DNA of 64,000 nucleotides from Candidatus Saccharimonadota bacterium. Lineage in GTDB: Bacteria; Patescibacteriota; Saccharimonadia; Saccharimonadales; Saccharimonadaceae. Position numbers and translations under genes: made by a program. This document shows, piece after piece, positions 26,339 to 37,014 of the stretch (the first letter of the stretch is position 1; each line of letters starts with the position of its first letter). The notes under the pieces are model-generated. The model ran no database searches. It was not told where the DNA came from and saw nothing but the letters and a program-made list of their open reading frames with translations. Where the stretch lies: NCBI GenBank assembly GCA_030645815.1, contig JAUSMW010000149.1:22510-86509 (forward strand), given 5' to 3'.

Positions 26339-27250
26339 ATGGCATTATCAATCAGCGAAATTCGAGATAGAACAGCTAGAGCTAGGCATTTAATGCAGCG
26401 CTCACGTCAGCAAAAATTTGCTGTTGGTGCGTTTAATATAGATAACCAGGAAACCCTCATCGCAGTATCCAAGGCCGCTCAGAAATTAAACTCACCAGTG
26501 TTGGTAGAAGTTAGTGATGGTGAAGTAAAGGCATTGGGACTCGACAATATTCGTGACATGGTAGATAACTACCGTGCCGAATATAATATTGAAATGTATA
26601 TCAATCTTGACCATGCTCCAACAGTCGAAGCTTGTAAACGAGCAATTGATGCTGGGTTCGAGTTTATACATATAGATGTTTCACAGGCTAATCACGAAGC
26701 TACAACCGAAGAGATAATTGCTGCAACAAAAGAGGTTGTTGAGTATGCAAAGTTTACCGGCGCACTAGTCGAAAGCGAGCCACACTATTTCGGTGGTAGT
26801 TCGAATGTACACGAAGAGGACATAGATTATGAAGAGATTAAAAAAACATTCTCAACTCCGGATGGTACAAAATCATTCGTTGATGCCACAGGCATTGATA
26901 CATATGCCGCAGCTATCGGTAACTTGCATGGTAAATATCCAGTGCCAAAAGTATTGGATTTGGAGTTGCTACAACGCATTCGTGACAGTATAGACTGTCA
27001 AATATCATTACATGGTGGCTCTGGTACACCACTCAATTTCTTTGAACGGGCAGCCCAGATTGGTGTGAGCAAGATTAATATCAATAGTGATATGCGTGTG
27101 GCTTTTCGTGAAACGTTAGAAAAGGTCCTCGCTGACAATCCCAAAGAATTTGCGATTGTGAAATTAATGCCAACTGTTTACGGTGCAGTGCAAGAAGTAG
27201 TAGAAGAAAAAATAAAAGCCTTTGGTAGTGAAGGAAAAGCAGTTGTCTAA
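26339..27250 (+). CDS. fba: Class II fructose-bisphosphate aldolase
   Basis: SD AAGGAGG. ...FNIDNQETL...INLDHAP...SLHGGSG...KININSDM. Confidence 0.9.
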   Translation: MALSISEIRDRTARARHLMQRSRQQKFAVGAFNIDNQETLIAVSKAAQKLNSPVLVEVSDGEVKALGLDNIRDMVDNYRAEYNIEMYINLDHAPTVEACKRAIDAGFEFIHIDVSQANHEATTEEIIAATKEVVEYAKFTGALVESEPHYFGGSSNVHEEDIDYEEIKKTFSTPDGTKSFVDATGIDTYAAAIGNLHGKYPVPKVLDLELLQRIRDSIDCQISLHGGSGTPLNFFERAAQIGVSKININSDMRVAFRETLEKVLADNPKEFAIVKLMPTVYGAVQEVVEEKIKAFGSEGKAVV

Positions 27251-28211
27251 GGTCCCGACAATTTTGTGTATTGGCAAGTCAACCCAGGATGTCTTTTTGC
27301 TGAGCGAGAAAAACTTTGCTGCGCATGGTCGCGGTAGTGACAAATACGAACAGCTGCCACTCGGCAATAAACTAGAGCTGGATGATGTCGTGTTTTCAAC
27401 CGGCGGCAATGTCACGAATGCTGCGGTTACATTTGCGCGTCAAAACCTGCATAGTAAATATGTTTGGGCAATAGGAACTGATTTGGCCTCCGAGACTATT
27501 TTAAAATCTCTAGATGACGAAGGTGTTGAAACATCGGGTGTCGTACAAGACGAAAAGTATCGTGCTAGCTACTCGACTATATTATTGGCCAACAATGGGG
27601 AGCGTACGATTTTGAACTATCATGGCACAAAGCTCGCTAGCGATGGCCATCCTCTAGGCTTGGATGCGTTGGAAGCGGCCGACTGGGTGTACCTGTCGTC
27701 GCTAGGTGATATCAAGTTGTTAGAAAAAATTATTAGTCTTGCTGCTCGTTATAATACAAAAGTCATGCTCAACCCAGCGGGCACTGAACTACAAGAAAAA
27801 GTAAAACTGAAAAGTTTACTAGATGACGTAGAAATATTGGCGGTTAACAAAGAGGAAGCCAAAAAATTAGTTAGCGGAGAAACTCTGGATGAACTAGTTC
27901 GTCACGCAACAAATTATTGTCCTGTTGTTATCGTGTCTGATGGTCCAAATGGTGTTGTTGCCACCGATAGCAAAGAAATAGTGCGAGCCGGTATGTACGA
28001 AGACGTACCGGTCATCGACCGAACAGGTGCAGGTGATGCCTTTGGTTCCGGTTTTTTGAGCCAGTGGGTACAAGGCAGAAGTTTGAGTGAGTCGATTATA
28101 TTTGCTAGTGCTAATTCTACCTCTGTTGTTACAAAAATTGGGGCAAAAGAGGGTATTCTGCACGAAGGCGTAAAATTACACCATATGCCTATTGATACAA
28201 AGCCGTTCTAA
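27222..28211 (+). CDS. PfkB-family carbohydrate kinase (ribokinase/fructokinase-like)
   Basis: ...ILCIGKSTQDVF...GGNVTNAAV...DRTGAGDAFGSGFL. The start is uncertain: either the ATG at 27222 or the TTG at 27243, which has GAAGGA 7 nt upstream. Confidence 0.8.
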   Translation: MVVKEKQLSKVPTILCIGKSTQDVFLLSEKNFAAHGRGSDKYEQLPLGNKLELDDVVFSTGGNVTNAAVTFARQNLHSKYVWAIGTDLASETILKSLDDEGVETSGVVQDEKYRASYSTILLANNGERTILNYHGTKLASDGHPLGLDALEAADWVYLSSLGDIKLLEKIISLAARYNTKVMLNPAGTELQEKVKLKSLLDDVEILAVNKEEAKKLVSGETLDELVRHATNYCPVVIVSDGPNGVVATDSKEIVRAGMYEDVPVIDRTGAGDAFGSGFLSQWVQGRSLSESIIFASANSTSVVTKIGAKEGILHEGVKLHHMPIDTKPF

Positions 28212-28254
28212 TCTGATATAATCATTAGCATAATATGGTGGGAAAATAGAAAGA

Positions 28255-30264
28255 ATGTCAAAATTTTTACGAGATTTACTAGATGCCGAAGAACCTATCT
28301 TTAGCCTCAGTCTACGTGACCTAGAAAAGGCCAGTGGTCATCAAGCTGTCGATGTAAAATTGATTGCCGATATTACCCGCGAAACACACGCTGCAACCAA
28401 AGAGTTGGGGTTGGATCATAAAAATACAACAGGCAAAGAACTCTATCAGGCACTTTTAGCACGAATAGCAGCCGACAACGAACGCGTCACCAAGCTTATT
28501 GGGGGTCATGATTCTGATGATGTTCGTCACATTGTACCGTTTTTGGTTGATGCCGCAAACAAAGTAAAGTTCAACCGCAAAGTTTTTGTACTCAAGCATG
28601 ACAAGGCAAAAGATTTGCTACGTCAAATGCCACCACAAAAACTAATGGAGCGCTTGGGCTACAAAGACATAGAAGATTTATTTAATGGTGAGAATTTCTC
28701 GGAAATGTACACAGCGCTACGTTTTTCAGAAGGCCCTGATTGGTTGAACGAATATGACGAGTTATTTAAATCAGTTACGGCTAGCGATTACGAAGAGCGT
28801 GATATTGAAATAGTTGTAATGGACCATGACAAATACGTTGATTTGGCCGAGCATTTTGTTGAAAAAAAGTTACACAATGTCACACACACAAAAGAGCTCG
28901 GCGTTATCGTCGTCGTCCCTATGAAGGCCGAGCGCGTCAAAGGTCTGACACTCAAGACATTACCGCTGTTATTTCACTATATGAACGAAGTGAAATTATA
29001 TTCGACATTCTTTAAATTAAAATCCAAAACATCAAAACATTTTGGTGAAACTGTTATGGAGACGTTGATTGCCGACCCAGGTAAAGCAGCACAAATGGCA
29101 GGGCAACATGTGCATTGGCGAGTTATTCAACGCTATTTCGGTAAATTAAAAGACGAATCACACTTAGAGGCATTCGAGCCGCATGTTCAACCAGAAGATT
29201 TACATTGGCGCCGTGCCGAGAGTCTACTATATGAACTCGACCCAGAGATGTCATTTTGGAAAAACCGAGATTGGGTCGGTATGGACTTTGACGGACGTCC
29301 AGTGACACTTAACTTTGTAGATGTAGCCTTGAGCTATTCAAATAACATTAGTTACCAAGACCGCTATGTGTATCACTTTCGTGAGAGTCTATGGAACGAA
29401 CTGTTCGCTCGTTACATGGGCATGCCAAATCTAGAACACCAAATACTACGGCAACTCGATAACGATATGATTGTGCCTGAAAAGCTCAGTGTGGGTAAAA
29501 AAAAACTAGCTAAACCCATGGGGCTCAAAAAAGCTCCATATGATGCAAAGGCACTGATTGAGCAAAACAAGCTAAAACACCTGCTGGTTCGGGAAAAGTT
29601 GGTCGATGCCGCTGCTGGCAAATTGATTGGTGTTATTGACGAGTTTGAAAAAGCCTTTGAGGTGTTAGGTAAATATCCTAGAACTGTTAGTGTATTTGGC
29701 TCGGCTAGATTGTCGCAAGATGACCCTGCCTGCAAAGCTGCGTATGAATTGACCAAAAAAATTGCCCAGGAAGATTATGCGATAGTCACGGGTGGCGGAC
29801 ACGGTATTATGGAGGCAGCTAATCATGCCGCATACGATGTTGGCAATGGCTCCGTTGGTTTGAATATTGAGCTACCAACTGAACAGAGCCTCAACCCATA
29901 TACGACTGACCATTATACATTCGAACATTTTTTTAGCCGCAAGGTAGCACTGACATTCGACGCCAGTGGTTATGTATTTTGCGCTGGCGGTTTCGGAACA
30001 TTAGATGAATTGTTCGAGATAACTACGCTTGCGCAAACTGGTATCATACCCAAAGCTCCAATCATTTTGTATGGTAGCGATTTCTGGAATCCATTGGCAG
30101 ACTATATACAACAAACGTTAAACAAAAAATTCAAAACTATCGGCCCCGACGATCCTGATTTACATATCATCACCGACGACCCGTTGGAAATAATAGCTTA
30201 TATCGAAGCTTATGAAAACGGTCGGCCTACCTTTACGAACTACTCGAGCATACATCCGTTATAA
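28255..30264 (+). CDS. LOG-family (TIGR00730-type) nucleotide phosphoribohydrolase fused to a ~450-aa uncharacterised N-terminal domain
   Basis: The C-terminal ~200 aa carry [16 protein letters not shown] and [12 protein letters not shown] (the PGGxGTxxE motif). No motif recognised in the N-terminal 450 aa. Confidence 0.75.
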   Translation: MSKFLRDLLDAEEPIFSLSLRDLEKASGHQAVDVKLIADITRETHAATKELGLDHKNTTGKELYQALLARIAADNERVTKLIGGHDSDDVRHIVPFLVDAANKVKFNRKVFVLKHDKAKDLLRQMPPQKLMERLGYKDIEDLFNGENFSEMYTALRFSEGPDWLNEYDELFKSVTASDYEERDIEIVVMDHDKYVDLAEHFVEKKLHNVTHTKELGVIVVVPMKAERVKGLTLKTLPLLFHYMNEVKLYSTFFKLKSKTSKHFGETVMETLIADPGKAAQMAGQHVHWRVIQRYFGKLKDESHLEAFEPHVQPEDLHWRRAESLLYELDPEMSFWKNRDWVGMDFDGRPVTLNFVDVALSYSNNISYQDRYVYHFRESLWNELFARYMGMPNLEHQILRQLDNDMIVPEKLSVGKKKLAKPMGLKKAPYDAKALIEQNKLKHLLVREKLVDAAAGKLIGVIDEFEKAFEVLGKYPRTVSVFGSARLSQDDPACKAAYELTKKIAQEDYAIVTGGGHGIMEAANHAAYDVGNGSVGLNIELPTEQSLNPYTTDHYTFEHFFSRKVALTFDASGYVFCAGGFGTLDELFEITTLAQTGIIPKAPIILYGSDFWNPLADYIQQTLNKKFKTIGPDDPDLHIITDDPLEIIAYIEAYENGRPTFTNYSSIHPL

Positions 30265-30271
30265 TAAAAGG

Positions 30272-32236
30272 ATGACGAAGTTCAAACTAAAAACTAATTA
30301 TCAGCCAACAGGTGATCAGCCAACAGCTATTGCTCAGTTGATTGATGGGCTGGAACAAGGTGAGCGCGAACAAACTCTACTAGGGGTTACGGGTAGCGGC
30401 AAGACTTTTACGATGGCGAATATTATTGCCAATCGTCAGACCCCTACGCTAGTACTAGCTCACAACAAAACACTAGCGGCCCAGTTATACAGTGAATTTA
30501 AAGCTTTTTTCCCCGAGAACGAAGTACATTATTTCGTGAGCTACTTTGACTATTACCAGCCAGAGGCATATATAGCTAGCCGCGATGTCTACATAGAAAA
30601 AGACAGTAAAATCAACGAAGAAATTGACAAGTTACGACATGCAGCGACTTCGGCACTACTAACACGTCGTGACGTCATCATAGTCGCTAGTGTGAGCTGT
30701 ATCTACGGTATAGGTTCGCCCGAAGATTACAATCACATGTCGGTCATCGTCAAAAAAGACGAAAAGCGTTCACTCGATAAATTTATACGGCACTTGACCG
30801 ATATTCAGTATCAACGAAATGATATAGATTTTTCTCGTGGTACATTCCGTCAACGCGGTGACATCATAGACGTCTTTCCAGCGGGTGGAGATAATGCCTA
30901 TCGCATAGAATTTTTTGGTGACGATGTCGAAAGTATTAGCGAAATCAACCCGCTGACTGGTGAGATATTGCGAAAACCTAGCGAAGTGCATATTTTTCCG
31001 AGCTCACACTATGTTACGCCAAAGGAAAAACTTGGACATGCGTTGACGGGTATAAAAAAGGAATTTGAAGAACGTGTGCAGTATTTTGAAAAAGCTGGAA
31101 AGTTTCTAGAAGCCCAACGTCTAACTCAACGAACAAAATACGACATCGAAATGCTAGAGGAGACTGGATTCGTCAAGGGCATTGAAAACTACTCGCGCTA
31201 TCTCACCGACCGTGAGCCAGGTGCGCAACCAGCAACCCTAATCGATTATTTCCCAGATGATTGGCTACTACTAGTCGACGAATCGCACATGAGCTTGCCG
31301 CAGGTTCGCGGAATGTACAACGGCGACCGTGCTCGCAAAGAGACATTGGTCGAACACGGCTTTCGCATGCCGAGTGCGCTTGATAACCGACCGCTTCGCT
31401 TTGATGAGTTTAATAGTCACATCAATCAAACTATTTATGTGTCAGCCACGCCAGGTGATTACGAGCTAGAACATTCACCACCACCCGCTCAACAAGTGAT
31501 TCGTCCAACAGGTCTGCTAGACCCTGTCATTGACGTCCGTCCATCGGAAGGTCAAGTTGATGATTTGATAGCAGAAATTCGTGAACGTACGGCCAATCAT
31601 CAGCGAGTGATAGTCACGACGCTGACGAAGCGTATGGCAGAAGATTTAACTACACATTTACAGGAACTTGGTATTAAAACTGCGTATATTCATAGCGATA
31701 TCGACACCTTAGAGCGCGGTGATATATTGAAGTCCCTACGTCTAGGCGAGTTTGATGTGTTGGTTGGTATTAACTTACTACGTGAGGGTTTAGATTTGCC
31801 AGAGGTCAGCTTAGTAGCAATTATTGATGCTGACAAAGAAGGTTTCCTACGTAGTAGCAGTGCCTTGATACAAACTATCGGTCGTGCGGCCAGGCACCTA
31901 GATGGCAAAGTCATCATGTATGCTGATCACGAAACAGACTCTATGAAAAAAGCGATTGGCGAAACCAACCGTCGTCGTGAAATCCAAGAGGCCTACAACA
32001 TCGCGCACAACATCACACCCGAAAGCATCGCCAAAGAAATTAGCGAAGGGTTGCGGGCAATCATACCTGAAAAAGATAAAGGCCCGACCCTGAACCTAAA
32101 GAAAATTCCAGTCGATGAGTATCCGCACTTATTAAAAGAATTAACTGGGCAAATGGAACTAGCTAGCGCGAACTTAGAATTTGAAAAAGCCGCCGAGTTA
32201 CGTGATTCGATTAATGAGATAAAAGCAAAAATGTAA
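30272..32236 (+). CDS. uvrB: Excinuclease ABC subunit B
   Basis: The start [17 protein letters not shown] is the typical UvrB N-terminus. [13 protein letters not shown], and a C-terminal UVR domain ([16 protein letters not shown]). Confidence 0.95.
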   Translation: MTKFKLKTNYQPTGDQPTAIAQLIDGLEQGEREQTLLGVTGSGKTFTMANIIANRQTPTLVLAHNKTLAAQLYSEFKAFFPENEVHYFVSYFDYYQPEAYIASRDVYIEKDSKINEEIDKLRHAATSALLTRRDVIIVASVSCIYGIGSPEDYNHMSVIVKKDEKRSLDKFIRHLTDIQYQRNDIDFSRGTFRQRGDIIDVFPAGGDNAYRIEFFGDDVESISEINPLTGEILRKPSEVHIFPSSHYVTPKEKLGHALTGIKKEFEERVQYFEKAGKFLEAQRLTQRTKYDIEMLEETGFVKGIENYSRYLTDREPGAQPATLIDYFPDDWLLLVDESHMSLPQVRGMYNGDRARKETLVEHGFRMPSALDNRPLRFDEFNSHINQTIYVSATPGDYELEHSPPPAQQVIRPTGLLDPVIDVRPSEGQVDDLIAEIRERTANHQRVIVTTLTKRMAEDLTTHLQELGIKTAYIHSDIDTLERGDILKSLRLGEFDVLVGINLLREGLDLPEVSLVAIIDADKEGFLRSSSALIQTIGRAARHLDGKVIMYADHETDSMKKAIGETNRRREIQEAYNIAHNITPESIAKEISEGLRAIIPEKDKGPTLNLKKIPVDEYPHLLKELTGQMELASANLEFEKAAELRDSINEIKAKM

Positions 32237-32270
32237 AAAAAAGTCCCGACGGCCGCAAAGCCATCGGGAC
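32235..32270 (-). terminator. Rho-independent terminator of the 32293-32727 orphan gene
   Basis: GTCCCGATGGC-TTTGCG-GCCGTCGGGAC (one mismatch) followed by TTTTTTTT on the minus strand. There is no T-run in the plus orientation. Confidence 0.65.
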
Positions 32271-32292
32271 ATATGTAAGCAGAACTAATCTG

Positions 32293-32727
32293 CTATTTTT
32301 GTAGTGGTCCACACCAGCGCTTTACCGAAGGCCGAGCCGCGGTGTACCAAGCGTTAATGACTGGACTATCGTCCTTGACGCCAGCAATCGTTGCGTACCA
32401 ATCCTTGCCTTGTTGCTTGAGGGTAATACGACAACCGATCGGAAGCCTGGGAAGGCTAACCCTCGCATCGTCTTTAAATTCCATATCGACGACACGAAAC
32501 CCAAGGGATTGGAGATCAGCCCTGTTTGCTCGAGATGTACGTGAGTCATCGACCGAGCTAGCAATAAGCAAGGCGGCGAGGACTCCAATCAGCGAGGCGA
32601 AAAATACGTAGCCCAAGAACTTTGAAAGCTTCTTGTATTTCTCCTCACTGACCGACAGGAACACAACGATAACTCCGACGACTGCCATTATGCAGGCAAT
32701 CATCACATACCACCATACATTCATCCT
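32293..32727 (-). CDS. Hypothetical membrane protein (G+C-rich orphan)
   Basis: The ATG at 32727 is preceded by AAAGGTGGTG. Two TM segments are followed by a ~80-aa C-terminal domain. Hand count 34/60 G+C at 32301-32360. Confidence 0.5.
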   Translation of the reverse strand, partial: RMNVWWYVMIACIMAVVGVIVVFLSVSEEKYKKLSKFLGYVFFASLIGVLAALLIASSVDDSRTSRANRADLQSLGFRVVDMEFKDDARVSLPRLPIGCRITLKQQGKDWYATIAGVKDDSPVINAWYTAARPSVKRWCGPLQK

Positions 32728-32824
32728 CACACCACCTTTTCGATAGATTTCAAAAATATGAAGATTAATAATTATTATGTAGAAAGAAATCATATTTGTC
32801 AAGTAGTTACACCTCGGTAATCTT

Positions 32825-32833
32825 TGGTATAAT
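32825..32833 (+). promoter_or_regulatory. Extended -10 box (TGgTATAAT) 8 nt upstream of the gatC ATG
   Basis: TGGTATAAT at 32825-32833 and ATG at 32842, with no SD between. Confidence 0.35.
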
Positions 32834-32841
32834 GATGGTCA

Positions 32842-33132
32842 ATGGCGAGCATCTCAAAAGACGAGGTCGTGCATTTAGCACACCTCAGTAACATCACCTT
32901 GACCGACGACGAAGTCGAGTCAATGCAGGGTGATTTAGAAAATATCCTAACTTATGTCAGTACCCTTTCAGAATTAGATACCAATGGAGTTGAGCCGACA
33001 TATCAGGTGAACGGCTTGGAAAACGTTAATCGTCCGGACGAAGTGATAAACTACGGAGTAACACGTGGAGAGCTATTGGCAACTGCGCCTGAACAAAAAG
33101 ACGACCAAATAAAGGTACCGAAGGTAATCTGA
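32842..33132 (+). CDS. gatC: Asp/Glu-tRNA amidotransferase subunit C
   Basis: ISKDEVVHLAHLSNITLTDDEVESMQGDLENILTYVSTLSELDT is typical GatC. Confidence 0.9.
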   Translation: MASISKDEVVHLAHLSNITLTDDEVESMQGDLENILTYVSTLSELDTNGVEPTYQVNGLENVNRPDEVINYGVTRGELLATAPEQKDDQIKVPKVI

Positions 33133-34538
33133 TGACCAATATCAAAGGTATTGTTGATGCAGTTACTAGTGGTAATTCTAGCGCCAAACAGCAAGTAAAA
33201 GATGCATTGCAACGAGCCGAATCAAAAAAAGACTATAACGCAATCTTGAGTCTAACGAGCGAACGAGCCTATGCTCGTGCAGGCGAGATTGATACTCGAA
33301 TCAAAAATGGTGAAAAAGTTGGTCGACTAGCAGGTGTGCCATTCATAGCAAAAGACAACTTTTTAACATTTGGTACAGCCACAACTGCAGCAAGCAAAAT
33401 TTTGGAAAACTTTGAAGCACCGATGCAAGCAACCACTATCGAAAAACTAGAAGCAGAGGGCGCGATATGTATCGGCAAAGCTAACCTAGATGCATTTGCC
33501 CATGGTGGTAGTACCGAAAACTCAGCCTACGGCCCAACCAAAAACGCAGCTGATGATACGCGTGTAGCGGGTGGTTCGTCTGGCGGCTCGGCAGTTGCTG
33601 TAGCCCTCGGTATTGTGCCATTTGCACTCGGTAGCGATACTGGTGGCTCTATACGTCAGCCAGCAAGCTTTAACGGTGTAGTTGGCGTCAAACCAACCTA
33701 CGGAACTGTCAGTCGTTTTGGTGTAGTTGCTATGGCTAGTAGCACAGATGTTATCGGTCCAATCACCAAAAACGTCGCTGATGCAGAACTCGTACTAGAT
33801 ATTTTGGCTGGCAAAGACGACTATGACGGGACAACACTACCGGATTTCTTTACACCATCTGGCAACGCACCAAAGCAATTAAAAATAGGTATTATCAGCG
33901 AAGCAATGGACGAAGGTGTGGATGATGATGTGAAAGATGCAGTGACAAAATACGCTGACAGCCTACAGGCGAAAGGCCACACAGTCAGCCAGGTGAGCTT
34001 ACCGCTAGCTCCAGCGAGCCTCGCTATGTACTATGTTATTGTTCCAGCCGAAATTAGCTCGAATTTGGCACGTTACGATGGTATCCGATACGGTGTCCGA
34101 GCTGACGCAAAAGACCTAGCTGACCTATACGGCAAAAGCCGTGACCAAGGTTTTGAGTCAGAAAACAAACGACGTATTTTGATTGGTAGCTACGTATTAT
34201 CCAGCGGTTATTACGACGCATACTTTAACCAAGCAGCCAAAGCTCGAACCCTATTGATACAACAATTCAACGAACTATTTGAAAATTACGATGCGCTAGT
34301 CAGCCCAGTCGCACCATCGCCAGCATTCAAAATAGGCGAAAACACAGACGACCCGCTAAAAATGTACAAAGCAGATGTTATGACCGTACCCGCCAGTTTG
34401 GCTGGTCTGCCAGCGATTAGTGTACCTGCAGGGACAAACAGTGAAGGTCTACCTATCGGTGTTCAACTCATAGGCCAGCGTAAAAATGATGCATTGTTGT
34501 TAGCTCTGGCAAAATCAATGGAGGCGAACAATGAATAG
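33132..34538 (+). CDS. gatA: Asp/Glu-tRNA amidotransferase subunit A
   Basis: Amidase signature ...GGSSGGSAVAVA...GSDTGGSIRQPA. Confidence 0.95.
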   Translation: MTNIKGIVDAVTSGNSSAKQQVKDALQRAESKKDYNAILSLTSERAYARAGEIDTRIKNGEKVGRLAGVPFIAKDNFLTFGTATTAASKILENFEAPMQATTIEKLEAEGAICIGKANLDAFAHGGSTENSAYGPTKNAADDTRVAGGSSGGSAVAVALGIVPFALGSDTGGSIRQPASFNGVVGVKPTYGTVSRFGVVAMASSTDVIGPITKNVADAELVLDILAGKDDYDGTTLPDFFTPSGNAPKQLKIGIISEAMDEGVDDDVKDAVTKYADSLQAKGHTVSQVSLPLAPASLAMYYVIVPAEISSNLARYDGIRYGVRADAKDLADLYGKSRDQGFESENKRRILIGSYVLSSGYYDAYFNQAAKARTLLIQQFNELFENYDALVSPVAPSPAFKIGENTDDPLKMYKADVMTVPASLAGLPAISVPAGTNSEGLPIGVQLIGQRKNDALLLALAKSMEANNE

Positions 34539-34947
34539 TATTGTGGTCATCATGGTCATTGGTATCTTGATATTAGGTTTTGTCATGCTCGGCATCATGG
34601 CGGCAACCCGCAAAAAATCTCCTGGTTTAGACGTCGAGGCATTTCGCAGTAAGTGGCTCAAAATAGAAGCCAGTATCATTGACGATGAAGCGTCATGTCA
34701 TTTGGCAATCTTGAACGCCGATAAATTATTGGGCGCTGCGCTGCAAGCTCGTGGCTTTTCAGGGCAGACAATGGGCGAACGAATGAAAAGTGCACGCAGT
34801 ACTTTTAGCAATAACAATGCCGTGTGGGCAGCTCACAAATTACGCAATCAAATTGCTCATGAACCAGATGTTTCAGTAAAGCCTAAGACTGCTAGGTATG
34901 CACTAAAAGCTTTCAAGCAAGCATTGAAAGATGTGGGGGCGCTATGA
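34531..34947 (+). CDS. Small TM-anchored protein with an RNxxxH (HEPN-like) motif, embedded in gatCAB
   Basis: SD GGAGG. N-terminal TM IVVIMVIGILILGFVMLGIMAA, then a helical domain with ...AVWAAHKLRNQIAHEP... (Rx4H). It overlaps gatA by 8 nt and gatB by 4 nt. Confidence 0.6.
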   Translation: MNSIVVIMVIGILILGFVMLGIMAATRKKSPGLDVEAFRSKWLKIEASIIDDEASCHLAILNADKLLGAALQARGFSGQTMGERMKSARSTFSNNNAVWAAHKLRNQIAHEPDVSVKPKTARYALKAFKQALKDVGAL

Positions 34948-36365
34948 CGAAATTTGTACCAACAATAGGCATAGAATGTCATGTACAATTGGCCACTAAA
35001 ACGAAACTATTCAGTGGTGCTAATAACGATGCACGTGACGAGTCACCAAATAGCGTAGTATCACCGATTGATTATGGTTTGCCCGGTATGTTGCCAGTGT
35101 TGAACCAGGGCGCGGTTGAACTAGCTATCAAAGCTGGCCTAGCGCTTGGCAGCGAGATTGCGCTGACTAGTCGCTTTGATCGCAAACATTATTTTTATCC
35201 GGATTTACCAAATGGTTACCAGATTACTCAGCTATATGAGCCGATTATTTTAGAAGGTTTAGTAAAAGTACCAATAGATGGTGAAACTTTTGATGTTCGT
35301 ATACACCATGCTCACCTAGAGGCTGACGCTGGCAAGCTAACTCATTATAATGATTATAGTTTGGTTGATTTGAATCGCGTCGGTACACCGTTAATCGAAA
35401 TTGTATCTGAACCTGATATACATAGTGCTCAGCAAGCCAAAGCTTATGCCCAGGAACTTTATTTGCTAATGACTTATGTCGGTGCAACGCATGGCGACCT
35501 GTACCACGGGAATATGCGTTTTGACGTGAATATCTCTGTGGCACCAGAAGGTGCTAGCGAGCTGGGCAAACGTGCCGAAGTCAAAAACCTCAACTCATTC
35601 AAAGCTGTAGAAAAAGTTGTCGAGTACGAGACAAAGCGACAAATTGAGATTTTGGAAAAAAGTAACGAAGTAGAACAGGAAACTCGTGGCTGGGATGATG
35701 CCAAACAAAAAACCTTTACACAGCGGTCCAAAGAAAACGCACCAGATTATCGTTATATGCCCGACCCAGATTTACCTCCGATTGTATTGAAGCCAGAGCA
35801 AATCGATACAGCAGAAAGTGAACTTCCAGCGCTACCAAATGTGTATCGCCAGGCTTGGTCAGAACTGGGATTAGATATATCCGTTATCAATACAATTTTG
35901 TCAGACCAAAAAGTAGCTCAGTTGATTTTGAATGTACAAGATTCTACCAACCCTACTATCACAAAGAGAATTGGCAACTGGTTCGCTAGTTCAGTCGATG
36001 CTGAAAGTAACAATGAAAAACTTATACTAAACAAAGACAAGTTGGTTGAATTATCAGAAATGGTTGAAAAAAATGAACTGAGCTCAACTGCAGCCAAAGA
36101 AATCTTTAACAAACTGATATCAAGTGATGACAAGTTACCTCGTGAAATCGCTAATGAAAAAAACCTACTGCAAGTCAGTGATGAAGGTGAAATCATCAGA
36201 ATTGTTGAGCAAGTACTGTCAGACCCTGCATCGCAAAAGGCAGTCGAGGACATTAAAGCTGGTAGCGACAAAGCCATTGGCTTCCTCGTTGGACAGGTAA
36301 TGAAACAATCCCAGGGCAGAGCAAACCCAGCCTTGGCTCAAAAGCTGATTCGCGAACGTTTATAA
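34944..36365 (+). CDS. gatB: Asp/Glu-tRNA amidotransferase subunit B
   Basis: ...IGIECHVQL...KLFS...DRKHYFYPDLPNGYQITQ... with a C-terminal YqeY-like domain. Confidence 0.95.
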   Translation: MTKFVPTIGIECHVQLATKTKLFSGANNDARDESPNSVVSPIDYGLPGMLPVLNQGAVELAIKAGLALGSEIALTSRFDRKHYFYPDLPNGYQITQLYEPIILEGLVKVPIDGETFDVRIHHAHLEADAGKLTHYNDYSLVDLNRVGTPLIEIVSEPDIHSAQQAKAYAQELYLLMTYVGATHGDLYHGNMRFDVNISVAPEGASELGKRAEVKNLNSFKAVEKVVEYETKRQIEILEKSNEVEQETRGWDDAKQKTFTQRSKENAPDYRYMPDPDLPPIVLKPEQIDTAESELPALPNVYRQAWSELGLDISVINTILSDQKVAQLILNVQDSTNPTITKRIGNWFASSVDAESNNEKLILNKDKLVELSEMVEKNELSSTAAKEIFNKLISSDDKLPREIANEKNLLQVSDEGEIIRIVEQVLSDPASQKAVEDIKAGSDKAIGFLVGQVMKQSQGRANPALAQKLIRERL

Positions 36366-36447
36366 CTGTGGCAATTTGTATTATTTGTACACCTTCTGGT
36401 GGTATAATATAGACAGAACACAAAATAGTGCACTATAGGAGAGGTAC

Positions 36448-36702
36448 ATGTCAGACCCAGCGTATATATTAGTCATAATCTTGAGCGTATTTTTAGCAGT
36501 ATCACTGCTACTATCTATTATTTTACTGATAATGGTGATTACTTTTGTGCGACGAGTTAATTCGGTTGCAGCGTCAGTACAAGCAACGGCAGAAAATGTA
36601 GAAACGGTAGTCAGTGGTGTGAGTAAAGTAACATCACCGATGATAATCGCAAAACTAATCTTGAAACAATTTAACCAAGCAGCAAAAGGAAAGGGGAAAT
36701 AA
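36448..36702 (+). CDS. DUF948 (YtxG)-like small membrane protein
   Basis: An N-terminal TM followed by a helical segment. Its position upstream of a YtxH-like gene matches Firmicute ytxG-ytxH. SD GGAGAGG. Confidence 0.55.
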   Translation: MSDPAYILVIILSVFLAVSLLLSIILLIMVITFVRRVNSVAASVQATAENVETVVSGVSKVTSPMIIAKLILKQFNQAAKGKGK

Positions 36703-36703
36703 A

Positions 36704-37012
36704 ATGAGTAAAAAATTCGCAGCAGGAGCATTTCTAGGTGCTATAGCAGGTGCAGTAGCTGGAGTACTAGCAGCACCAAAAAGTGGTAAAGAAACTCGTG
36801 AAGATATCAAAAGAAAAGCCGACGAAGCAAAACAAGAAACAGTCGACGCTTATGAGTCTACAAAGGCGGAAGTAAGCAAACAAACTGCTGAAGCTAAAAA
36901 AGAAGCAAAAGCCAAGGTCAACGAAGCCAAGGCTACTGCCGAAGACTTGAAAAAACGCACAGAAAAAGCAGCAGACGCAGCTAAAAGAGAGTTTAACAAG
37001 TCCAGCAAATAG
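36704..37012 (+). CDS. YtxH-domain protein
   Basis: ...FLGAIAGAVAGVLAAPKSGKETREDIKRKADEAK... with an A/E/K-rich helix. Confidence 0.75.
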   Translation: MSKKFAAGAFLGAIAGAVAGVLAAPKSGKETREDIKRKADEAKQETVDAYESTKAEVSKQTAEAKKEAKAKVNEAKATAEDLKKRTEKAADAAKREFNKSSK

Positions 37013-37014
37013 AT

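Noticed and set aside
30212-30271. N-terminal extensions suggested by the ORF track for uvrB (30212). The same applies to the FMN reductase (5090), the 19599 ORF, the 32802 ORF and the 22161 ORF.
   Set aside because: In each case an internal ATG has a proper SD or gives the canonical family N-terminus. The extension overlaps the upstream gene or lacks any initiation signal.
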